From positions 6,815-70,814 of the forward strand of contig CAYOFT010000001.1 of the NCBI GenBank assembly GCA_964403295.1: a DNA stretch of 64,000 bases. Reading direction: 5' to 3'. Both the position numbers and the translations under genes were made by a program. Below the pieces are notes generated by a model, which ran no database searches, was not told the DNA's origin, and worked only from the letters and a program-made list of their open reading frames with translations. Positions 30,879-42,547 of the stretch are shown in pieces (the stretch's first letter is position 1; each line of letters starts with the position of its first letter). Source of the stretch: an uncultured Thermotogaceae bacterium. GTDB lineage: Bacteria; Thermotogota; Thermotogae; MWEM01.

Positions 30879-31447
30879 ATGATTCAAGATTTAAGAAGTA
30901 TCACATCGGATAAAATTGCAATTGGCATTGTAAAAAGTCCTCACGGATTAAAAGGTGAGGTTAAGGTAAAGGTATATACCAATTACTTGTCCGTCTTTGA
31001 AAGAGGTATGGATTATTTACTTTACAATAATGATAAAAAAAGACATTTAATCGCTCAGATTGATACGATTAAAAACTCAGGTAAACATTTATTAGTTCAT
31101 TTTAGAGGGTTTGAAAGTATTGAAGATGCAAATAAGATTTCCGGATTTGAGATTTACATATCCTTAAATCAGTTGCCTGAGATAGAAGAAGATGAGTATT
31201 ATTTTTATCAGTTGTTAGGCAGTGATGTAGTCGATGAAAACGATCGTCCTGTAGGACAGGTTGTTGATATCATCGAAACGGGAAGTTCCGATGTGCTATC
31301 TGTTTTTCCTGAGGATTATGATCAGGAACAGGAGCCTGAAAAAGAGATCATGATCCCAATTGTTCAAGATTTTATTATTAAGCTTGACAAAAAGAAAAAG
31401 CTCATCAAAGTTCGTTTGCCAAAGTATCACAAAGGGAATGTTTCAGA

Positions 31448-31451
<4 letters not shown>
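30879..31451 (+). CDS. rimM: 16S rRNA processing protein RimM
   Basis: GLKGEVKVKVYT PRC-barrel. Confidence 0.85.
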
Positions 31452-32765
<1,314 letters not shown>

Positions 32766-32805
32766 AATGATCAAGAAAAAAAATAAACGCTAGGAGGTTA
32801 TAATT

Positions 32806-33162
32806 ATGTCGGATGCTCTCATACGTGCAATAGAACAACCGGATTATAAAACAGTTACACCCTTCAGAATTGGAGATACCATCAGGGTGCATCAGAAGAT
32901 TAAGGAAGGGAACAAAGAAAGGATACAAAAGTTTGAAGGAATTGTTATACAAAGACGTGGAGGCGGAATGGGTAAGACTTTTACCGTCAGAAAAATAGGG
33001 GCTAACGGAATTGGTGTTGAAAAGATTTATCCCTTTAATTCCCCATCTTTGGAAAAAATAGAAGTTGTTAAGACTGGTAAAGTCAGAAGGGCAAAGATAT
33101 TCTACATAAGGGATATCGTTGGAGTTGTAAAAATTAAAGAAAGAAGAAAGAAGAGAAAATAA
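32806..33162 (+). CDS. rplS: 50S ribosomal protein L19
   Basis: Typical L19 sequence. AGGAGG RBS. Confidence 0.95.
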   Translation: MSDALIRAIEQPDYKTVTPFRIGDTIRVHQKIKEGNKERIQKFEGIVIQRRGGGMGKTFTVRKIGANGIGVEKIYPFNSPSLEKIEVVKTGKVRRAKIFYIRDIVGVVKIKERRKKRK

Positions 33163-33174
33163 TAATAATAACTT

Positions 33175-33201
33175 GTGGGAACCTTTAAAGGGTTCCCTCT
33201 T
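33175..33201 (+). other. Stable hairpin without U-tract between rplS and lepB
   Basis: gggaacc tttaaag ggttccc, 7-bp GC-rich stem. Confidence 0.35.
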
Positions 33202-33224
33202 CCATTACAGGGGCTGATATCAGA

Positions 33225-34049
33225 GTGAAGAAAGAAAAAACATCAATTAAGGAAAAGGCAAAACGTGAAACGGTAGAATGGGTCAAGGCTTTGATTTATG
33301 CCGTTATTGCCGTTATTATTATCAGGCTTTTTGTTTTTGAAACCATGATGGTGCCCACTGAATCAATGGTACCAACCATTATTCCGCAAGATCGTTTGTT
33401 CGTTGAAAGGATCACTTTCCAAGCGAGAGACCCGGAGTATGGGGAAGTTGTTGTTTTTTGGACGCCTTTTGTTGATAAAGAAGCACAAAAAATGCTCAGG
33501 GCATTTGACCATTTTATGGATATGTTTTCTCCAAGTGAATTTAAGGGACATGTTAAATATGTCAAGCGTTTAATTGGTAAGCCTGGAGACATTGTTGAAT
33601 TGTCTCAGAATATAGGAAATAGCGGTTACAGAGTAGTAATCAACGGTGAAACACCGGATTCCTTAAAGGATATCAGCTATGAGCGCGCAGCCATTTTTAC
33701 AGACCCCAATTTTTACAGAAAGATGGCTTATCCATCAGAATACCCTTATCTCAGCTCTCAGGAAAAAAATCTATTTAACTATTATAATCAGGCATTAGAC
33801 TACAAAGAAGCTTATGAAGAAGTATTTACAGGTTTGGTAGTTGAAGATTATGCCTGGTTTGATAAAGAAAGTGGAAAAGTTAACATTAAAGTACCCGATA
33901 ACATGTATTTTTTTATGGGTGATAATTCTGCTCACAGTTTTGATGGCAGATATTTTGGATTTGTACCCAAAAAAAATATAGTAGGTGGTCCTTTGTTGAT
34001 TTTCTGGCCGATGAATCATTTTGGTCCTGTCAACAAAGATGTGAACTAA
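33225..34049 (+). CDS. lepB: Signal peptidase I (S26)
   Basis: SMVPTI and GDNSAHSFDGRYFG motifs. Confidence 0.85.
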   Translation: MKKEKTSIKEKAKRETVEWVKALIYAVIAVIIIRLFVFETMMVPTESMVPTIIPQDRLFVERITFQARDPEYGEVVVFWTPFVDKEAQKMLRAFDHFMDMFSPSEFKGHVKYVKRLIGKPGDIVELSQNIGNSGYRVVINGETPDSLKDISYERAAIFTDPNFYRKMAYPSEYPYLSSQEKNLFNYYNQALDYKEAYEEVFTGLVVEDYAWFDKESGKVNIKVPDNMYFFMGDNSAHSFDGRYFGFVPKKNIVGGPLLIFWPMNHFGPVNKDVN

Positions 34050-34050
34050 T

Positions 34051-34905
34051 ATGGAGGATAAATGGTATCCCGGGCATATAGCTAAAGCAAAAAGGAGAAT
34101 TGGGGAGAAAGTAAAGGCAGTTAATGCCGTTATAGAAATGATTGATGCCAGAATCCCCCATTCAGGAAGGGCTTATGAGTGGCGAAAACTCTTTCATAAC
34201 AAGTTCAATATCATTCTGCTTACCAAAAGCGATTTAGCAGATCAAAAGGTTATAGAAAAGTGGGTTCAATACTATCAAAAGCAAGGTATTATCTGCATTT
34301 CACTATCTTTAAAAGATGATCCCATGAGGATAAAAAAGAGGTTACAGCAGATCCGAGACAAAATTCCTTCCAAATCACCTTTTAAAAGGGCTATGATCAC
34401 GGGTATTCCAAATGTTGGTAAATCAACACTCATCAACAAAATTCTGAACAAGAAGAGCATGAGAACAGGAAATACACCAGGGGTAACAAAAGGGTTGCAA
34501 TGGATAAATGTCAGTGATGATTTCCTTTTGCTGGATACACCGGGGATATTATATTCCAATTTATACAGTGATGCCGTTACATACAAATTACTTCTTACCT
34601 CCGGGATCAAAGCAACAGTAGATATTATTGATTCAGCCATTATTTTTGGTATCCGATATTTAATGGAGCATTATCCACAGATTCCTACGCAACTTCTTGG
34701 TGAGTCACTTAACCCCGATGAAATTAACATCATAAGAATATATGAAAGTTTGTGTCGTAGAAGAGGTTTTTTATTAGCTAAGGGAGAACCGGATATTCAA
34801 CGAGCCAGAACAATTATTCTCAAAATGTTTCAGGATGGTACGATTGGCAGAATTAGCCTTGAAACACCTGAGTTATTACTGTCAGAATCAAAAGAACAAT
34901 TGTGA
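34051..34905 (+). CDS. rbgA: Ribosome biogenesis GTPase A (YlqF/RbgA), circularly permuted GTPase
   Basis: LTKSD (G4) precedes GIPNVGKST (G1). Confidence 0.9.
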   Translation: MEDKWYPGHIAKAKRRIGEKVKAVNAVIEMIDARIPHSGRAYEWRKLFHNKFNIILLTKSDLADQKVIEKWVQYYQKQGIICISLSLKDDPMRIKKRLQQIRDKIPSKSPFKRAMITGIPNVGKSTLINKILNKKSMRTGNTPGVTKGLQWINVSDDFLLLDTPGILYSNLYSDAVTYKLLLTSGIKATVDIIDSAIIFGIRYLMEHYPQIPTQLLGESLNPDEINIIRIYESLCRRRGFLLAKGEPDIQRARTIILKMFQDGTIGRISLETPELLLSESKEQL

Positions 34906-34944
34906 TTATGTTATAATCAACCACCTTTGTTAGGAGGGAAAATC

Positions 34945-35322
34945 ATGAGATTTTTGATCGTTGAAGATGACCCAATAACCACAAAAATGTTAAAAACGGT
35001 TTTGTCACAATATGGAGAATGTGATTGTGCCGACAACGGAATAGATGGTTTGGATCGGGTGATTGAAGCAGGGGCAAGAAATGAACCTTATGACCTTGTC
35101 ACTTTGGATATTATGATGCCCCGGATGGATGGGCATGATGTATTGGCAAGAATTAAAAGACTGCGAAAAAATAACTCACCCAAAGTCGTTATGATAACTG
35201 CCCTTGGTGATAAAAAGAATATTCAAAAAAGTTATGTTCGCGGGTGCGACGGCTATTTAATTAAGCCCATTGAAAAAGAAGCTATTGTTACTAAATTGAA
35301 ATCGCTGGAATTAATCGATTAA
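34945..35322 (+). CDS. Single-domain CheY-like response regulator receiver
   Basis: MRFLIVEDD, D in LDIMMP, conserved K. GGAGGGA RBS. Confidence 0.8.
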   Translation: MRFLIVEDDPITTKMLKTVLSQYGECDCADNGIDGLDRVIEAGARNEPYDLVTLDIMMPRMDGHDVLARIKRLRKNNSPKVVMITALGDKKNIQKSYVRGCDGYLIKPIEKEAIVTKLKSLELID

Positions 35323-36894
35323 TTCTTTAGCTTTTTTATAACCACCACCACCTGGGGTTTCGATTCTTAGCTTGTCTCCCTTCTTCAAAAAAAGATTAAA
35401 TTTCCCCGGAAGTTGTTCAGGTTTACCACCACAAATTAAGAGGTTTTCTCCCGTCTTTCCTTTTTCTCCTCCAAATAATCCATAAGGTGAGAATTTTCTT
35501 CTTTCACTTAACATGGTGCATTCAGCGTCATTTAATAGGATAAACTCTCTGATTAATCCGTCCCCCCCTTTATGCAATCCATTTCCACCACTGTTGTCGC
35601 GTATAGCATAATTGGTGACTCGGAAAGGGTATTCGTATTCGATAGCTTCTACAGGAGTATTGAGTGTGTTTGTCATATGCGATTGTATGGCACACTCTCC
35701 ATCCTTCTTTGCACAGGCTCCTGTACCCCCTCCCATTGTTTCATAATAGGCAAAAGCCTTACCAGTACCAGAATCTATGCCTCCTATAGTAAGATTATTC
35801 ATGGTCCCCTGACTTGCAGCGGGAATTTTATCCGGGATGGCTTTGGATAACGCTCCAAGAATGCAATCAACAATACGCTGCGAGGTTTCGACATTGCCGC
35901 CTGCAACAGCTGCTGGATAAGTCGCGTCAACGACAGTTCCCGGTTGAGTTTTAATTGTTAGGGGATTTATACAACCCGCGTTAGTGGGAATGTTCTCATT
36001 TACCAAAGATCTGAAGACATACAGACAAGCAGAGGCAGTAATGGCATAAACTGCATTAACACTTCCATGAACTTGTTTTGAGCTACCTGTAAAATCAATT
36101 AAAGCTTGATCTTTTTGAATATCTACGGTTGTTTTGATCAGTATTTCTTCTTCATCCACCCCGTCAGAATCCAGATAATCTTCAAATTCGTAGCAACCAT
36201 CAGGAATATTTTCCAAGGTTTTCCTCATGATTTTTTCTGAATAGTCAATTAAAGAATTTGAATAGCGGACAACGGTATCTAACCCATTTTTAGCTAGCAG
36301 TTCATCAATCCTTCGAATACCGATTTTATTTGCCATGAATTGAGCTGCAAAATCTCCTTGGCGTTCGATACTGGTTCTTACATTACTGAGAATCAGTTTC
36401 ATGATATTTTCATCTATTTGCCCATTTCTTACGATCTTTAATGCAGGAATGATAAGGCCTTCTTGATAAATGGATCTCGACAAGGGCATAGAACCTGCAC
36501 TCATACCTCCGATATCAGCATGATGAGCTCTGTTTGCAACGAAAAAGAGGGGATTCGCAAGATCATCTTTTGTGAAAACTGGTGCGACAATAGTAACGTC
36601 CGGTAAATGAGTTCCTCCCTTGAATGGATCGTTCAAGATAACCATGTCTCCCGGATCGAAAACGATTTCTTTTATCGCAGCTTTTACAGACATAGGCATA
36701 GAGCCTAAGTGTACGGGGATATGGGCTGCCTGATTCAGCATATCCCCTGAGGCATTAAAGATGGCACAAGAATAATCTCTTCTTTCTTTGATATTCGGTG
36801 AAAATGCCGTTCTGTTTAAAGTGACTCCCATTTCTTCTGCAACAGCAGAAAATTTATTTTTGAAAATTTCCAATTTAATGGGATCAACCATCAT
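35311..36894 (-). CDS. hyuB: Hydantoinase B / oxoprolinase family protein
   Basis: 527 aa. HyuB-like N-terminus. Confidence 0.85.
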   Translation of the reverse strand: MMVDPIKLEIFKNKFSAVAEEMGVTLNRTAFSPNIKERRDYSCAIFNASGDMLNQAAHIPVHLGSMPMSVKAAIKEIVFDPGDMVILNDPFKGGTHLPDVTIVAPVFTKDDLANPLFFVANRAHHADIGGMSAGSMPLSRSIYQEGLIIPALKIVRNGQIDENIMKLILSNVRTSIERQGDFAAQFMANKIGIRRIDELLAKNGLDTVVRYSNSLIDYSEKIMRKTLENIPDGCYEFEDYLDSDGVDEEEILIKTTVDIQKDQALIDFTGSSKQVHGSVNAVYAITASACLYVFRSLVNENIPTNAGCINPLTIKTQPGTVVDATYPAAVAGGNVETSQRIVDCILGALSKAIPDKIPAASQGTMNNLTIGGIDSGTGKAFAYYETMGGGTGACAKKDGECAIQSHMTNTLNTPVEAIEYEYPFRVTNYAIRDNSGGNGLHKGGDGLIREFILLNDAECTMLSERRKFSPYGLFGGEKGKTGENLLICGGKPEQLPGKFNLFLKKGDKLRIETPGGGGYKKAKELID

Positions 36895-38879
36895 TAAAAA
36901 CCTCCATTCTTTTTTTCCACAATTAGATTTCCGAAAGTATCTACTTTAATGCTTCTTGAAGGGGGTATTACTATAGTTGAAGAATATTCGACGAGAATAA
37001 CCGGTCCAATCAGTTGATTACCATACCGCAGTTGACCCCTGTCAACTACGTCAGTAGAGACTGCTAATCCATCAAAAATACAGTCCTTTTTGTACAGATA
37101 GGCATCCGGGTTAACTGATTTAACAAACTGATCTTGTTTTTCAAGAACAGGTTTCTCATTTTTACCAAAAGCTCTGAGTCTTATATTGACTATTTCACAA
37201 GCCTTGTCTTTGTTGGAATAACCATAACGTTTTTCATGCGCACGATCAAAGGCATTTCTTAAATCTTCTTCATACTCAATGATCAACTCATAAGACTGTC
37301 CTTTATATCTCATATCAACAAATTTGTTAATAATAATGTCTTTTTGTGAGATTCCTTCAAGTGTTAGTTCTGCTAACGCCTTATCCTTTAATGTATTAAA
37401 TTGAGAATCCAAAGACCTTTTCGAATAAGGGTAGTCAACCATGATGGTTTTAGAATAATCTCGAATACAATCGGCCAATAACATGCCTTTCGCAGATAAT
37501 ATACCCGGATCTTTTGGGATCAGTACCCTGGGGATATTTAATAAATCAGCCAAAAAACAAGCATGCATTCCACCGGCTCCACCAAAAGAACAAAGGGTGA
37601 ATTCTGATGGGTCATAACCTCTGTCTACAGAAATGACACGGATTGCTTTTTCCATTACCGTGTTTGCAATATTACAAATACCTTCAGCCAATTTAATTTT
37701 GGATATTCCGGTTTGTTTGGATAGATTAGAAAAGTATCTTTCTAATCTTGTTTTTGCCAAAGGCATGGTCCCACCTAGGAACTTTTCCGGAATGAGTCTT
37801 CCTAGAAAAAGGTTGGCATCTGTAACGGTGATTTCATTTCCGATTCCATAACAAATGGGGCCGGGGTCTGCGCCGGCACTTAAAGGGCCAACTTTTAAAG
37901 CGCCTCCTTTGTCAACAGAAGCAATCGAACCTCCTCCCGCACCTACTGTGTGGATTTCAATCATAGGAACTTTTAACGGGTAATTGGAAATGGTTGACTC
38001 AACGTTGATGGGGAGTTCCCCGTTGATTAATGACACATCCGTGGAAGTTCCTCCCATGTCAAAAGAAATGATTTTTTCGTAACCGGCCTTTTTGCAAATT
38101 TCAAAAGCCCCTACAGCTCCCCCTGCAGGACCGGAAAGGATAGTCCTTACCGGTTCTTTTGAAGCGGTTGATGATGAAATTCTTCCTCCATTTGATTGCA
38201 TGATGATGAGATTTTTTTCGCCGATTTCAGTTTCCAATTTTCCTATATACTGCTGCATGATCGGTTGCACATATGCATTAACAACAGTCGTGGAGCACCG
38301 TTCAAATTCACGGAATTCAGGCATGATTTCATGTGATAAAGAACAGGGGATTTTGTCGTTACACACCTCATTTATGATATCTCGCATGGCCAATTCATGA
38401 ACAGGATTGACAAAAGAAAACAAAAAACAAACCGCAACAGATTCTATCTGTTCTTCAACTAATCTTTTTGCTATTCCTTCAGCTTTGTCATAGTCAAATG
38501 TTTCAATGATTTCTCCGGTTTTTGAAATCCTGCCCGGGACACCAAATCTTAAAGGAGATTTGACTAAATGTTGAGGACGTTTGACAAACAGGTTATACAA
38601 ATCGGGCCTGTTTTGCCTGCCTATCTCAATAATATCTTCAAAGCCACGATTCATTATGATAGCCGTTTTTGCTCCTTTTCTTTCAAGAACAGCATTTGTC
38701 GCAACCGTTGATCCGTGAATCAGTTCGTTTAAATTTCCCGGTGCGATGACGTTTACCCCTTTAAGAACAGCTTTTGCAGGATTTTCAGGTGTGGAAAGGA
38801 CTTTAAGTATTTTAAATTTTCTATCTTTTATATAAACAAAATCCGTAAAGGTCCCGCCTGTATCCGCACTGATAATCAT
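36894..38879 (-). CDS. hyuA: Hydantoinase A / oxoprolinase family protein
   Basis: MIISADTGGTFTDF start. 661 aa. Confidence 0.85.
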   Translation of the reverse strand: MIISADTGGTFTDFVYIKDRKFKILKVLSTPENPAKAVLKGVNVIAPGNLNELIHGSTVATNAVLERKGAKTAIIMNRGFEDIIEIGRQNRPDLYNLFVKRPQHLVKSPLRFGVPGRISKTGEIIETFDYDKAEGIAKRLVEEQIESVAVCFLFSFVNPVHELAMRDIINEVCNDKIPCSLSHEIMPEFREFERCSTTVVNAYVQPIMQQYIGKLETEIGEKNLIIMQSNGGRISSSTASKEPVRTILSGPAGGAVGAFEICKKAGYEKIISFDMGGTSTDVSLINGELPINVESTISNYPLKVPMIEIHTVGAGGGSIASVDKGGALKVGPLSAGADPGPICYGIGNEITVTDANLFLGRLIPEKFLGGTMPLAKTRLERYFSNLSKQTGISKIKLAEGICNIANTVMEKAIRVISVDRGYDPSEFTLCSFGGAGGMHACFLADLLNIPRVLIPKDPGILSAKGMLLADCIRDYSKTIMVDYPYSKRSLDSQFNTLKDKALAELTLEGISQKDIIINKFVDMRYKGQSYELIIEYEEDLRNAFDRAHEKRYGYSNKDKACEIVNIRLRAFGKNEKPVLEKQDQFVKSVNPDAYLYKKDCIFDGLAVSTDVVDRGQLRYGNQLIGPVILVEYSSTIVIPPSRSIKVDTFGNLIVEKKNGGF

Positions 38880-39526
38880 ATCAGTGCCTCAATAATCCTT
38901 TTTTTAACTTCCTTCAATGAATGTACACATGTGTGGGCTTCAGAAAGGTCTTGGCTGCCATCATCACTTTGAAAGCCGATAACATGCATTCCCGCTCGAA
39001 GCCCGGCCTTAACACCGTTTGTTGAATCTTCAATAACAATGCATTCTTCAGGATTTAACTTCAGTTCTTTTGCTGCTTTTAAGAAGATGTCGGGGGCTGG
39101 TTTTGAATGATCAATATGATTACCACAGACAACCGTCTGAAAATAATGGATGATACCGATCTTTTCAAGGATTAATAAAACAAATTTTTCGTCAGTTGAG
39201 GAAGCCACGGCCAATTTTAGGTTGCTTATTTTTGCCCAATTCAATAAATCGAGAAGATGATGCATGGGATTTAACACAGCGGAACGAAAATATCGCATGT
39301 GTATATCTTCTCTGAGGCGATTCATATCAGTTACAGATTGTTGAAGAGAAAACCTTTCTTTTAAATCGCTCAACATCTTCTCATCAGTGGTCCCTACAAA
39401 TTGAGCGTATTCTTCATCTGTTAATGAAAAACCCAATTCTTTGAATAATTTCCCGTTTAATTCTTTGTAGAGAGGTTCACTGTCAATTAAAACACCGTCC
39501 ATATCAAAAATTAACCCTTTTATCAT
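38876..39526 (-). CDS. HAD-IA family hydrolase (phosphatase/beta-phosphoglucomutase-like)
   Basis: FDMDGVLIDSE motif I. AGGAGG RBS 5 nt before ATG at 39526. Confidence 0.75.
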   Translation of the reverse strand: MIKGLIFDMDGVLIDSEPLYKELNGKLFKELGFSLTDEEYAQFVGTTDEKMLSDLKERFSLQQSVTDMNRLREDIHMRYFRSAVLNPMHHLLDLLNWAKISNLKLAVASSTDEKFVLLILEKIGIIHYFQTVVCGNHIDHSKPAPDIFLKAAKELKLNPEECIVIEDSTNGVKAGLRAGMHVIGFQSDDGSQDLSEAHTCVHSLKEVKKRIIEALI

Positions 39527-39608
39527 AAAAACCTCCTGTTTTGTTTTCTTCAATGATTATAACAAAAAAAGGTGAGGTTATAGAGATAAAAGGGTGTTCA
39601 TTAAAAAT

Positions 39609-40532
39609 CTAAAGACTGTTAATGGTTGCCTGAGTTTGTTTTTTGATAATCTCAATTGAGCGTGTAAACTGTTCATTCTCGAATTTTGATAAATTTAAAC
39701 GAATACTTCTTTCGATGCCATTCTTTCCAAGAATGCTTGGATAGCCAATATATATATCCTCAAATGGTGAAGACAAAGTAAGGATTCGTTTTTCATCTTT
39801 TACGATGGTTTCTATGATATGGGTTGTAGCAGAAGCAATAGCAAAATTTGTGGCTCCTTTTTTATTGATGATTTCATAAGCTGCATTTTTAGTTTGTTCA
39901 AACAGACCGTCAAGACAAGATGCACATTGGTTAGCGTTTGAGCATTCTTGATTATATTCATTGATTGGAATACCACCGATTTTTGCCTCTGACCAGATGG
40001 CAACTTCAGAGTCGCCATGTTCTCCAATAATATATACATGGGCATTGGAAGCGGATATTGAACAATTTGATGAGATAAGTGATCTAAGTCTCATGGTGTC
40101 CAAAACAGTTCCGGAACCAATTACTCGGTTTTTTACAAATCCCGTTACTCTTTGAACAATGGCCGTCATTACATCAACTGGATTTGTTAAAACGAGAATA
40201 AGTGCATTTGGGCTAAACTTTTTAATCTTATCAGCAATTGACTCAATAATTTTCGCATTTCTTTCAGAGAGTTGGAGACGTGTTTCACCTTTCTTTTGAG
40301 CGGCACCTGCTGAAATGATTACAATATCACTTTTTCTTAGCGCTTCAAAATCACCTGCATAAACTTTTGTTCTCCTATAGAATGGTGTTGAATGCATCAG
40401 ATCCATGGCTTCACCTGATGCCAATTCCTGATTGATATCGATTAAGGTAAGTTCTGATGCAATCCCTTTTTCCAATATGGAATACATTGTTGTTGAGCCG
40501 ACTTTTCCGGCTCCTATCATGCTAATTTTCAT
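39609..40532 (-). CDS. ldh: L-lactate dehydrogenase
   Basis: GAGKVG NAD site, AGAAQKKGETR (Gln at specificity position), IGEHGDS. Confidence 0.85.
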   Translation of the reverse strand: MKISMIGAGKVGSTTMYSILEKGIASELTLIDINQELASGEAMDLMHSTPFYRRTKVYAGDFEALRKSDIVIISAGAAQKKGETRLQLSERNAKIIESIADKIKKFSPNALILVLTNPVDVMTAIVQRVTGFVKNRVIGSGTVLDTMRLRSLISSNCSISASNAHVYIIGEHGDSEVAIWSEAKIGGIPINEYNQECSNANQCASCLDGLFEQTKNAAYEIINKKGATNFAIASATTHIIETIVKDEKRILTLSSPFEDIYIGYPSILGKNGIERSIRLNLSKFENEQFTRSIEIIKKQTQATINSL

Positions 40533-40623
40533 TTTATCACCTCATAAAACAGACGTAAGATGTTATAATAGTATTATAATTATACTTGATTTCATTCATC
40601 AAAAAAACGAGGGAGTGAAACAA

Positions 40624-41475
40624 ATGAAGAAAAGAATACTGGGAAGAACAGGTGAAAAACTTTCAATCATTGGCTTTGGCGGAATACTGGTAATGGATGA
40701 GTCAACAAAAGAATCCGAAAGACTGGTCAAAAAGGCCATCGATAATGGAATTAACTATTTTGATGTGGCTCCAAATTACGGTAATGCACAGGAGATGCTT
40801 GGACCGGCACTACAGCCTTATCGGGATGATGTGTTTTTAGCCTGTAAATCTGAGCTAAGGGATTATCATGGCGTTATGAGTGATTTTTCTGAATCACTGA
40901 GATTATTGAAAACAGATCATATTGATTTATATCAGCTTCATGCAGTCACTACAGATGATGATGTGGACAAAATCTTATCAAAAAACGGAGCACTTAAAGC
41001 GTTTTTGGAATTAAGAGACAAAGGTGTTGTACGTTATCTGGGTTTTTCCGCACATACAGAGGAAGCTGCTTTACGTTTACTGGAAAATTTTGATTTTGAT
41101 ACTATTCTCTTTCCTTTTAATTGGGTTACCTGGAATAAAAACGATTTTGGAAAAAAACTAATGGAAGTTGCCCGTAATAGAAACTTAGGTATTCTTGCAT
41201 TAAAGGCTTTGGCAAAAAGAGCACTTGGCAAAGACGAAAAAAGAGCTTTTCCAAAATCATGGTATTACCCTGTTGAAACCTTTGATGAGGCTAAAAAGGC
41301 TCTAAGATTCACTTTGACACTTCCGGTAACAGCAGCTGTAACGCCTGGCCATGAGAAATTTTTCGATTGGGCTTGCGATATTGCAGAAGATTTTTATCCA
41401 CTTGAGGATGATGAGTTGGTTGAATTGAAAGAGAAGGCTACGCAATTAACACCTATTTTTCCTGAAAATCAATAA
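40624..41475 (+). CDS. Aldo/keto reductase family oxidoreductase
   Basis: AKR fold. GAGGGAG RBS. ORF-track upstream extension overlaps ldh and was rejected. Confidence 0.8.
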   Translation: MKKRILGRTGEKLSIIGFGGILVMDESTKESERLVKKAIDNGINYFDVAPNYGNAQEMLGPALQPYRDDVFLACKSELRDYHGVMSDFSESLRLLKTDHIDLYQLHAVTTDDDVDKILSKNGALKAFLELRDKGVVRYLGFSAHTEEAALRLLENFDFDTILFPFNWVTWNKNDFGKKLMEVARNRNLGILALKALAKRALGKDEKRAFPKSWYYPVETFDEAKKALRFTLTLPVTAAVTPGHEKFFDWACDIAEDFYPLEDDELVELKEKATQLTPIFPENQ

Positions 41476-41493
41476 GATCAAAAGATGTGAGGG

Positions 41494-41525
41494 CACAAGA
41501 TACCGTCTTGTTTTGTTTGTTTTTA
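41494..41525 (+). terminator. Intrinsic terminator after the AKR gene
   Basis: acaaga-taccg-tcttgt hairpin followed by tttgtttgttttt. Confidence 0.5.
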
Positions 41526-41606
41526 ACTTTAAATGTCCTTAATTTTGTTGTTTTTATGGTAAAATAAAAATGATAAACGTTAAAGTCAAAGATTAAGGTT
41601 GATGAG

Positions 41607-42104
41607 ATGAAAAAATATATCTGTATTCTTATTTTTACCGGTTTAACTCTTTATGGTTATGCTGTTCAATACAGCGATAATTATTATGGATTATCTTTTG
41701 AGTATCAAAAAACAGATTTTTTAGAGGAGTTTCAGGAAAAGCGTTTTTTCGACCGAAATAACATCAGTTTTATTTTTACTTATGGCCCCTCTTTCTCGGG
41801 ACCCATACGATTTCGAATCGGTGGGGGTATTCATGAGTTGTCAGCTTATTATTTAAACGGTGGCGTTGAGTTGAAGGTTTTAGAATTTTTAAATAGCGTA
41901 AAAGGAAGATTCTTCGGCTTATACATTAATGCAGATCTCAAATTGGGTTTGGATTTTGTAGAAGCAGCGATAAAAGGGGAAGTATATATCCCTTTTTCAG
42001 CTGTCGGAGGGCTACAGGTTGGTATTGGATTGAATCATAATGTAGAACCGTTATTTTCGATTGCCTATTCAGGGGGGGTCTATCCTCTGCAAACTAAAAA
42101 ATGA
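41607..42104 (+). CDS. Small secreted protein, possibly outer-membrane beta-barrel
   Basis: Signal peptide. Alternating hydrophobic pattern. Confidence 0.5.
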   Translation: MKKYICILIFTGLTLYGYAVQYSDNYYGLSFEYQKTDFLEEFQEKRFFDRNNISFIFTYGPSFSGPIRFRIGGGIHELSAYYLNGGVELKVLEFLNSVKGRFFGLYINADLKLGLDFVEAAIKGEVYIPFSAVGGLQVGIGLNHNVEPLFSIAYSGGVYPLQTKK

Positions 42105-42135
42105 CATTCACATATCATAAAAAGGGGGAATTAAT

Positions 42136-42507
42136 GTGTTAAAAAAAATTGGTTTATTGATTGCTTTAGTGTTGATTTTGTTTGCTTTCAGCAGTTGTTC
42201 TGTTGTGTTCCAATCCCAAGATGGTAATCTCGGTTATTTCCCACAAGCTTCCGGAAGACCGGTGGGAAGTTTTTCTGAATCAGGAGAATTGTGGTACATC
42301 ATTAGTCCCATGCTTTTTAATCTTAATGACACAAATCTAAAATTGGATCAATTGATAAGGACCGGATTAGCTCCGTATCGTGCTGATTTTGCTAAAAATT
42401 TAAAGATCATCGAAGGCTTTACATTTGTTGATTTTCTAATCAGTTATTTCGTACCGATTATCGGAAGAGAAACGATTACAGTAGAAGGAGAAGCCTATCA
42501 ACAATAA
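42136..42507 (+). CDS. Small lipoprotein of unknown function
   Basis: Lipobox F-S-S-C. Confidence 0.55.
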   Translation: MLKKIGLLIALVLILFAFSSCSVVFQSQDGNLGYFPQASGRPVGSFSESGELWYIISPMLFNLNDTNLKLDQLIRTGLAPYRADFAKNLKIIEGFTFVDFLISYFVPIIGRETITVEGEAYQQ

Positions 42508-42511
42508 ATAT

Positions 42512-42537
42512 AAAAGGGGCTGTTAGCCCCTTTTTTA
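42512..42537 (+). terminator. Intrinsic terminator
   Basis: ggggct-gtt-agcccc hairpin plus tttttt. Confidence 0.75.
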
Positions 42538-42547
42538 ATTTGTGACT

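Noticed and set aside
40432-40623. Upstream extension of the aldo/keto reductase ORF overlapping ldh
   Set aside because: The extension runs through the divergent promoter region and into ldh coding sequence. ATG at 40624 has a GAGGGAG RBS 7 nt upstream.
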